From an uncultured virus (IMG/VR IMGVR_UViG_3300048813_000256) (taxonomy: Duplodnaviria; Heunggongvirae; Uroviricota; Caudoviricetes): a stretch of 55,946 nt of DNA. The translations under genes were made by a program, and so were the position numbers. The notes under the pieces were generated by a model, which was not told the origin of the DNA, ran no database searches, and saw only the letters and a program-made list of their open reading frames with translations. Position 1 is the stretch's first letter. Every line of letters starts with the position of its first letter. Positions 25,388 to 32,340 of the stretch are shown here, piece by piece. The stretch lies in the IMG/VR virus record IMGVR_UViG_3300048813_000256; one strand, written 5' to 3'.

Positions 25388-25764
25388 AGCTTCTGGGCCA
25401 GCACGATGCAGTGTTCGTCCTTGTTGACCGCGATCGACCAACCGGTGGGCGGCTCCACGCTGTGGCCGTCCCAGCCGGTGAATTCAAACAGCCCCGCGAT
25501 GGTGTAAGCCGCGAAAGGGTTGGGATAGTCCTTGCTGGGAACCGAGATCGTGAGATGGCGAAACCACGCCGACGCATCGTGCGAGTAAGTGTGGGTGAAT
25601 ACGCAGCGGAAGCTGTTGAGTTCGGCGACGTGCTGCGGGTTCTCTCCGGGAATCAAGACGGCCGAGTCCGTTCCGCGGTTTGGGTCGTAGGGATGCGCCT
25701 TGGCGTAGGCCACAACGCGGGCGGCTTTGGCTTTGGCTTCCTCGTCGATGATCAGCGCCCTCAT
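25384..25764 (-). CDS. hypothetical protein (antisense island)
   Basis: MRALIIDEE..., FRHLTISVP motif. Confidence 0.65.
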   Translation of the reverse strand: MRALIIDEEAKAKAARVVAYAKAHPYDPNRGTDSAVLIPGENPQHVAELNSFRCVFTHTYSHDASAWFRHLTISVPSKDYPNPFAAYTIAGLFEFTGWDGHSVEPPTGWSIAVNKDEHCIVLAQKL

Positions 25765-25811
25765 GCTCGTCAGAATCTCGGGATCAGAGTCTAGCACGCG
25801 GAGCAATCGTC

Positions 25812-26021
25812 ATGATCACCAAGGAAATGCTCGATGAGCTGCACAAATTGGATCCACTGCGAAAGGCTCGTCTGACGCGCAAGGTTTTGCGCCATGACGA
25901 CGGCTCGCCGATCAAGACGCCGCTGGCCCTCGAGTTTCCTCTGCTCTCGCGCCGGCAGCGCCGCCTGTTACAGAAAAACCGCGCCCCAGAGATCGTGTGC
26001 GCCGAGCCAAAGCAGGCCTGA
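25812..26021 (+). CDS. small basic hypothetical protein
   Basis: GGAG RBS, 69 aa. Confidence 0.55.
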   Translation: MITKEMLDELHKLDPLRKARLTRKVLRHDDGSPIKTPLALEFPLLSRRQRRLLQKNRAPEIVCAEPKQA

Positions 26022-26023
26022 CC

Positions 26024-26638
26024 ATGGGAATCAAATGCTTCTGGCTGGAACCGACTGACCGGCAAAAGCGCTACCTCCGGCGCTACAACGGCAACCTCAA
26101 GTGCTCTGGGCCAATGTCCTACCACGACGCGATGGCGTTCGTGGATGAATCGCGGGAAGTGATGCGCGAGGACGGAAAGTGCTGGACCGATGACGGGAAA
26201 ACCGCCGCTGACTTCGAGGGACACCCGCTCTGGCCAACCCGGTGCGCGTGCGGTTACGAGTTTCAAGAAAAAGATGAGTGGCAACTCTTTGGCTCTCACA
26301 TCTACCGCCGCGCCGACAACGGCGAGGAAACGACGCTGCGAGATGCCGCGGACGGCGCCATGTGGGACGCGACCTGGTTTCACGGTTGCCCCGGCTGGTG
26401 CGGCGCGGATGGCCGCTCCATCATGTGCCGGGTGCCCACGAATCACGACTGGCACATTGATGGACCATGCAGCAATTGCACGCGTCCGAACCAGCCGCAC
26501 AAGTGCTGGGTGCGCCACGGCGTTCCGCCCAATTTGACCGTGGACAAAAACGGCGATACCTGCGCTGCCGGCGCGGGCTCGATCCTTACACCGGCCTGGC
26601 ACGGCTTCCTGCGCAACGGCGAACTGGTGGCATGCTGA
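26024..26638 (+). CDS. Cys/His/Trp-rich protein, C-terminus DUF6527-like
   Basis: CWVRHG.PP.LTV...SI....WHGFLRNG. Confidence 0.6.
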   Translation: MGIKCFWLEPTDRQKRYLRRYNGNLKCSGPMSYHDAMAFVDESREVMREDGKCWTDDGKTAADFEGHPLWPTRCACGYEFQEKDEWQLFGSHIYRRADNGEETTLRDAADGAMWDATWFHGCPGWCGADGRSIMCRVPTNHDWHIDGPCSNCTRPNQPHKCWVRHGVPPNLTVDKNGDTCAAGAGSILTPAWHGFLRNGELVAC

Positions 26639-27687
26639 TGGCCGAGAGTTGCCTCTGGTCGATCCTGATTCTGACCATGCCCGCGCGCGCGGCGCTGTTG
26701 GGCCGGCTGCTGGAAGTGTTGCGGCCGCAGCTACCTAAGGTTCCTAAGGTCGAGCTGCTCATCCGGGAATCGGATCCAGCTTTGCCGGTGGGGGAAAATC
26801 GCGAGGCTCTGCGGCAGCAGTCGCGCGGGGAATACATTTCCTTCATCGATGACGACGACCTGGTGCCACCGCACTTTGTGGAGCGCATCCTGCCGCATCT
26901 CGACGGCGTGGATTACGTGGCCTTCAATCTGGAACAGAGGATGGACGGCCACTTCCTCTGCATCGAGAAGCGATCGCTCGGCTACGGCCGCGTTGGGCGC
27001 GATGAGCGCGGCGGCCGCTTCCGCGATATTTCGCACCTGAACCCCATGCGGCGCGAGCTGGCGCTGCGCGTCCCCATGACGGGCTGGCCCTGCGAAGACA
27101 ACCGCTGGGCCGACGCCCTCCGCGAGTTGCACATTGTCCGGACGGAACACGTTCTGGACGAAACCCTTTACTACTACCTGACCCGAACCCGCAAGCCGGA
27201 ATACGCCTCGGCGACATTCCTGGTGAGCGTGGGATCGGAACCTTTTCCATGGAGCCTTATGCCAAAAATCAAAGTGAAAATGCTGACCTCGATCGCCGGC
27301 CTTGCCAACCCCGCCTACGATCTTCCCGAACACGGCTACCAGCAGGACGACATCGTGGAACTCCACCCGGTCCTGGCGAACGCCTGGATTGAAGCCGGCA
27401 TCGCCGAAGCGGTGAAAGAGAAAGACTCGAAAACCGGCAAGGCCGCGCCAGTTCCGTCAAGGGCGGAAGCGCCAGCGCCGAAGCCCGAAGAGTCACCCGC
27501 GGCAAAAAGTTACCATTTTCCTCCCTCAAATGAGGGCGAAAAACAGGAAGTGGCCAGCGCAGAGCCGCAACCGGCGGCCTCTTCGCCCGAGGCGGCAACA
27601 GCAAGCGCTTCCTCCTCGGCCAGCGGCGAGTCGACGGAAAAACCGGCGCCAAGGTCGCGCCGATCGCCCGCCAATCCCAACAGCTAG
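26638..27687 (+). CDS. glycosyltransferase family 2 fused in-frame to a small head-associated-type domain
   Basis: SILILTMPAR, GEYISFIDDDD, EDNRW; internal GGAG-ATG at 27259 (MPKIKVKMLTSIAG...). Confidence 0.8.
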   Translation: MAESCLWSILILTMPARAALLGRLLEVLRPQLPKVPKVELLIRESDPALPVGENREALRQQSRGEYISFIDDDDLVPPHFVERILPHLDGVDYVAFNLEQRMDGHFLCIEKRSLGYGRVGRDERGGRFRDISHLNPMRRELALRVPMTGWPCEDNRWADALRELHIVRTEHVLDETLYYYLTRTRKPEYASATFLVSVGSEPFPWSLMPKIKVKMLTSIAGLANPAYDLPEHGYQQDDIVELHPVLANAWIEAGIAEAVKEKDSKTGKAAPVPSRAEAPAPKPEESPAAKSYHFPPSNEGEKQEVASAEPQPAASSPEAATASASSSASGESTEKPAPRSRRSPANPNS

Positions 27688-27730
27688 CAAGCAGGGCTGC
27701 AGCCGTGCCGCAGAGAACTGAGAACTGCTT

Positions 27731-29002
27731 ATGGCCTCCATCCTCGAAGTCAGCCAACCCGTCGTCGATGCTGTCTCCGTGGCGGAGGCCATTGCATTTC
27801 TGCGCCAGCCGGTCACTACGCCCGATTCCGGGCTGATCCAGTCGATTTGGATTCCGGCGGCGCGGCGGTATGTGGAGAGCATGACCGGGCTTACCCTGGC
27901 GAAACGCAACTTCGTGCAATACGAGGAACGTTTCCCCACCACCCTCTGGCCGTTTTACTTCGACCAGTCGCGCGCGCCCATCATGAACCGGAAAGACCAG
28001 CGGGTGCGCCTGCTGCGTTGCCCGGTGGCGGCGGTGCAGAAGCTGGTCTATGTGGGAACGGACGGCCAGCTCCACGGCATGCTGCCGGGCCAGGACTTCG
28101 CCGTCGACTATGCCAGCCGTCCCGGACGCATCACGCCGCTGGCGGGGCAGACTTGGCCGGCGCTGCTGCTCGGGCAGTTCTGGCCTGAGTTGTATTTCCC
28201 CACCGAATTCTGGGCGCCCTCGATCAACGGCCTCAACCGGGTGCAGATTTTCTTTACCGCCGGGTTCACCTCGCTCTCGACCGATACCGAAGACATCAAG
28301 ATCGGGGCCCAGTGGCAACCCTATACCGCGTTCGCGCAATACTCCTACATCGTCGACGCCAATGGAAACATGGAAGTGCAGATGGCGCCGGCGACCGGCG
28401 CGGTGATCCCGCTCTCGGGAAGCGATCCTCCCACCTTCGCCGCCATCGGCCAGAGCGTCGCGGACGGCATGTGCTCGTGGTTTAATGCCGGGCCCGCGGG
28501 CATCTCGACCAAAGTCGACGAAACCGGTGATCAGGACTCCGACACCGCGATCGCGCCGCCGGCCTATCAGACCGGCCATGTTTACGCCGCGCCCTCGATC
28601 GTTCTGGACGGCAACGGGAACATTGAATTCACCCAGGCGGGACTCACCAGCGGTGGAAGCGCCCCGGCTTGGCCCGCGTCGAACGCTACCATCGGCACAG
28701 TCACCCCTGACAACGGCGGCTCCTGGATCTTCTTGGGCCCGGCTCAGGACCCGGGCCCGGAGTTTGCGGCGGCCATAGGCGGCACTGTGCTGGGCCCCAA
28801 CCAGCTCGTGGAGTATCAGGGCGACACCGGTATTCCCGAGGATCTGAAAATTGCCGTCCTAGCCATGGTTTCGCACTTCTACTACAACCGCGAACCGGTG
28901 GTGGAAGGCAGGGAAGGCAAGGTGGCGGACGTGCCCCACCTGGTCAGCCAGATCTGCTCGAATCATCGGGTGTGGGACTTTGGGGAGGGTTACGAGCCAT
29001 AG
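27731..29002 (+). CDS. head-tail connector (gp6-like adaptor) with large insertion
   Basis: VSVAEAIAFLR..D..LI....AARRYVE..TG at N-terminus; IPEDLKIAVLAMVSHFYYNRE at C-terminus. Confidence 0.85.
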   Translation: MASILEVSQPVVDAVSVAEAIAFLRQPVTTPDSGLIQSIWIPAARRYVESMTGLTLAKRNFVQYEERFPTTLWPFYFDQSRAPIMNRKDQRVRLLRCPVAAVQKLVYVGTDGQLHGMLPGQDFAVDYASRPGRITPLAGQTWPALLLGQFWPELYFPTEFWAPSINGLNRVQIFFTAGFTSLSTDTEDIKIGAQWQPYTAFAQYSYIVDANGNMEVQMAPATGAVIPLSGSDPPTFAAIGQSVADGMCSWFNAGPAGISTKVDETGDQDSDTAIAPPAYQTGHVYAAPSIVLDGNGNIEFTQAGLTSGGSAPAWPASNATIGTVTPDNGGSWIFLGPAQDPGPEFAAAIGGTVLGPNQLVEYQGDTGIPEDLKIAVLAMVSHFYYNREPVVEGREGKVADVPHLVSQICSNHRVWDFGEGYEP

Positions 29003-29146
29003 CCACAATTGTGGCTATCGGTTTCCCGGCTTTGCCCGGTTTCCCCCACGCTCCGTCAACCATGTTTTACCAAGACCTGCGCAACAGCATGTGGCTGCAA
29101 ACACAGGGGATGCGCCGATTCCGGAAGCTTTCAACCATGTTTTACC
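28999..29146. promoter_or_regulatory. perfect 20-bp palindrome plus 16-bp direct repeat
   Basis: ATAGCCACAATTGTGGCTAT 28999-29018; TCAACCATGTTTTACC at 29056-29071 and 29131-29146. Confidence 0.5.
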
Positions 29147-29328
29147 GCTGGGCCTTCCCCCAGCTTTTCCCGCATTTTCCCGGAGCCCACCATGCCCGCC
29201 CGAGCCATAGCAGCCCTGCAGAGCGCGCTGGGAAAGCCAGCGGGTGGCCCTGACCTTCGTCCGGCGGCCGCCGCGTGCGCCAGCGGGCCGGGAAACGGCC
29301 CTAGCGTTCGTTTTAAGCGAGGTTCCCG

Positions 29329-29643
29329 GTGAGAGCCTGCACCGGAGCAGGAGGGCGGTTACGAACCCCCTCCCGTGCGCGAGCACGGGCGGCCGCTCTC
29401 CTGGCTTTTGTTCGTCGAGCCGCTTTAGGTTCGAGCCTTTGGGCCAGAGCTGTTAGACCCCTGCTGATCACCTTGGTCGCCATGGTTGCCACGGGATGCG
29501 CGGGCAAACGGCCGGTGACGGTGTGGCGCTTCACCCACTGCGCCCATGAGAACGGCACGAGCGTCGTTATGGTCTGCGAGTGTTCCAGCTTCCACAAGCT
29601 TCTTGACGCCAAAACCGGGGCGGAAGTGCGGGTTTGTGAGTAA
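29329..29643 (+). CDS. possible lipoprotein
   Basis: Hydrophobic stretch ending VATGC; start uncertain. Confidence 0.4.
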   Translation: MRACTGAGGRLRTPSRARARAAALLAFVRRAALGSSLWARAVRPLLITLVAMVATGCAGKRPVTVWRFTHCAHENGTSVVMVCECSSFHKLLDAKTGAEVRVCE

Positions 29644-29836
29644 AACGCCCACTTTGGAGGCGAGGTACCAGCGTTACACACAGCAGTGTGATGGCTGGGG
29701 GGAGCCGCCTCAACCCTTCGAAAACTGGAAAGCCTACTGGCTGGTGTTCGCCAAGGACGCGGAGCTTCCGGCCGGAACATTCGCGCAAAAGGTTCCCACA
29801 GGAACGTTTGCACCTATAATGGTGCAAAAGACATGA
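29636..29836 (+). CDS. hypothetical protein
   Basis: GTG overlapping the upstream gene end. Confidence 0.45.
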   Translation: MSKTPTLEARYQRYTQQCDGWGEPPQPFENWKAYWLVFAKDAELPAGTFAQKVPTGTFAPIMVQKT

Positions 29837-29848
29837 ATTCAGGCCGAC

Positions 29849-30310
29849 ATGCTGAACCGGGAATATCAGTTGCGGGCAGTCCGCAAGGCCGGCGGCGGCC
29901 ACAGGGTCGCGGCGGATGCGGCGCTTCGTCTGCCCTGGGGTGGGATCTTCGAACCTGGGGTTAGCCGAGCATGGCGCCCCTACGTCCTGGTGGCGGCGGC
30001 TGCTGAGTCAACTGGCAGTTCTCCTCGAGCGTTCAAAGCCGGTCGCTCCAAAAAGAGCCAGCGGAGTCGCCAGATGCAGCTCTTCGACGGCAAGCTGCGG
30101 GGCGTCCAACTCGCGCTCTTCCCCGACAATGCTGCGGAAAATTTCACGGCTGCGGGAAAATTTACGGCTGGGGGAAAATCCATGGCGACCAAAAAATCCA
30201 CGCCTCCCGGCCTGCTGCCCGCCGAGTTCCCCTCGCCGGCTGCGGTGGAAGTGCCGCTGAGCGACCCGGACCGGCCGCTGTTCGACCTGTTCCCCGACGC
30301 TTATCTCTAA
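29849..30310 (+). CDS. hypothetical protein
   Basis: 153 aa; QMQLF/QLALF peptides; may be two genes. Confidence 0.4.
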   Translation: MLNREYQLRAVRKAGGGHRVAADAALRLPWGGIFEPGVSRAWRPYVLVAAAAESTGSSPRAFKAGRSKKSQRSRQMQLFDGKLRGVQLALFPDNAAENFTAAGKFTAGGKSMATKKSTPPGLLPAEFPSPAAVEVPLSDPDRPLFDLFPDAYL

Positions 30311-30321
30311 GGAGCGATCCC

Positions 30322-30465
30322 ATGCCCGCGACCAACGTTGTGGAGATCCCGCAGCACTTGAAGACGCTCGCCTGCGGCAAGTGCGGGCGCGAGATCAGTG
30401 TCAGCAAGAACACAATTCTCGCTTACTGCCGGGACTGTTCCGCGAACTTAGGAGTGAAACGATGA
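30322..30465 (+). CDS. 47-aa zinc-ribbon protein (not in the ORF track)
   Basis: AAGGAG RBS; CGKC...CRDC; ATGA overlap with the next gene. Confidence 0.7.
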   Translation: MPATNVVEIPQHLKTLACGKCGREISVSKNTILAYCRDCSANLGVKR

Positions 30466-30824
30466 CGACAGCCCAAAAGGTTGAATTCCTGGTTGACCAG
30501 CATTTCGCGACCGGGGAAAGCATCGACGCTCTGATCGCTCGCGGCCAAGAGCGCCATTGGGAGAGGGTCGATACTCCGATTCGTCACGACACTGAGCGCC
30601 CGAAAGGATCTCGCGCGCTGATCCCAGATCCCCAACCCAACGAGGAAGAACTAGAGATCATCCTTCTTCTGTCGCAGGGAGAAACCGCCGAGGACCTGCG
30701 CGCGAAGTACGAGATCGCTTTGGGCGCGATGCGTACCCGCATTTACCGTATCCGCCAGCTCTTCGGAGTCGATAACAACGTCGAGCTGGTGGCCACGGCT
30801 CTGCGGCGGGGCTGGATCCGCTAG
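30462..30824 (+). CDS. LuxR/GerE-type HTH transcriptional regulator
   Basis: EELEIILLLSQGETAEDL...RIRQLFGVDNNVELVATALRRGWI; AGGAG RBS. Confidence 0.8.
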   Translation: MTTAQKVEFLVDQHFATGESIDALIARGQERHWERVDTPIRHDTERPKGSRALIPDPQPNEEELEIILLLSQGETAEDLRAKYEIALGAMRTRIYRIRQLFGVDNNVELVATALRRGWIR

Positions 30825-31104
30825 AAGTTCCAAAACCAGCGCCTGCAAAACCTTTCGAAGCGCGCCAGCAGCTCGCGCCGGCGCGATCGCCGCCAGCGTT
30901 TGCCATCGCTCACCATGACGCGAATGGCACCGGGCGGAATCGGGCCATAGCCGTCGATCTCAACCGGCCCCGACTTGCTGGCCAGCACGACGTGCCCTCC
31001 CGCGCAGCAGGCGGGACTCGGCAAACCAATGTGCGTCACCGGTCCTAGTTGCAGTTCCATCGCAAACACAGTTGTACCACTCACTCAAAACCAAGGAGAA
31101 TGTC

Positions 31105-31557
31105 ATGAAATTCGCCCGCAGATCGTTTGCTTTTGTCGCCGTCCTGGTCGCCCTGGCCGGCATCATCACTTTTCTTCCCCTCAACCCGGTGCACGCCACC
31201 GGCCCAACCGCGCTCACTCCGGTGACGGTCAGAATCAACAATTATCAGGTGCAGGCCGGCGATCTCGTTGTCGTCCCCGCCGCCTGCGATGCCGTCAACG
31301 GTAACTCCTACATTTACACCGGGCAGGAGATCCTGATGGTCTATAACTCCGGAGGCAGCGGCTACACCTACACCGTGACTCCGGCGACCGACGCCTATGG
31401 CGCCCAGAACACTACGCTCAGCGCGGTGGCCATCGCGGCCGGGGCCTTCGACTTTGTCCAGATGAGCAATCCGCAAGGCTGGATTACTTCGGGGAACCTG
31501 ATCAACCTCACCTGCAGCAACGCGGCCGTCAAATTTGCCGTCCTGCGCCACAGCTAA
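31105..31557 (+). CDS. beta-rich protein with signal peptide
   Basis: AAGGAG RBS; MKFARRSFAFVAVLVALAG...VHA. Confidence 0.75.
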   Translation: MKFARRSFAFVAVLVALAGIITFLPLNPVHATGPTALTPVTVRINNYQVQAGDLVVVPAACDAVNGNSYIYTGQEILMVYNSGGSGYTYTVTPATDAYGAQNTTLSAVAIAAGAFDFVQMSNPQGWITSGNLINLTCSNAAVKFAVLRHS

Positions 31558-31571
31558 ACCGAGGTTCTCCG

Positions 31572-31943
31572 ATGCCGCTGCGCCGCATGATCACCACGGA
31601 CCCCAACTCCATCGGTGCCATTAACCGGCAGATCACTGTCTTCGCGCCGGGAACCCGCAATGTCACCGATGGAGGCACTTTGCCGCCCAGCCCACTCTTC
31701 ACGAGCTGGGCCAGCATTCGCACGCTCCGCGGCGACGAGCTGGACCGGGCGCAGCAGATTGCCCAGGACGTCCAGCACTGCCTCCGGATTCCCTACCAGT
31801 GGGGCGTGCCGGTGACGGGGGACATGACGGTGGGCTTCGAGAAGCGCACGTTTCAAATCCGCTACATCGCCGATCCCGACGAGATGCACACCTGGCTCGA
31901 TCTCTACTGCGCCGAGGTCGGTCAGAACGCGGGAGGATCCTAA
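31572..31943 (+). CDS. head closure/stopper protein (SPP1 gp16-like)
   Basis: INRQIT, WASIRTLRGDE, IPY..GV...M.V......FQI..I.DPDE....L.LYC.E. Confidence 0.85.
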   Translation: MPLRRMITTDPNSIGAINRQITVFAPGTRNVTDGGTLPPSPLFTSWASIRTLRGDELDRAQQIAQDVQHCLRIPYQWGVPVTGDMTVGFEKRTFQIRYIADPDEMHTWLDLYCAEVGQNAGGS

Positions 31944-32338
31944 TGCCGATTACCCATCGCTTTGGCTGCATCATTCCCGCCGGCGGCAATCCCAACAACG
32001 TCACCAGCACAAACTGGAACGACGGGCATCTGCGGACGCTGCTGCCCACGGCCTACAGCGCCAACGGGAATATCCCCCCTTGGTCGCTGATCGCGGGCGT
32101 CGCCAACGTGGAGCTGGTCGAAGCCACGGGCACGATCACGCTTACTCTTCCGCCGGCCACCGCGATCGCGGGCGGATTTCCGGGAATGAATGTCCGGTTT
32201 ATCAACATGGGCACGGGCACCATCACCATCACTGACGGCGGCAGCTTCACTTACAAACTCACCACACAGGGCCAGACCGTTCATATCTACGCCTCCAGCA
32301 TTACCGGTGCGTGGCAAGTCCTCACTCAGGCGGCCTAA
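31943..32338 (+). CDS. hypothetical virion-type protein
   Basis: TAATG coupling; ITLTLPPA...V.FIN.GTGTITI motif typical of tail-fibre beta domains. Confidence 0.65.
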   Translation: MPITHRFGCIIPAGGNPNNVTSTNWNDGHLRTLLPTAYSANGNIPPWSLIAGVANVELVEATGTITLTLPPATAIAGGFPGMNVRFINMGTGTITITDGGSFTYKLTTQGQTVHIYASSITGAWQVLTQAA

Positions 32339-32340
32339 CC

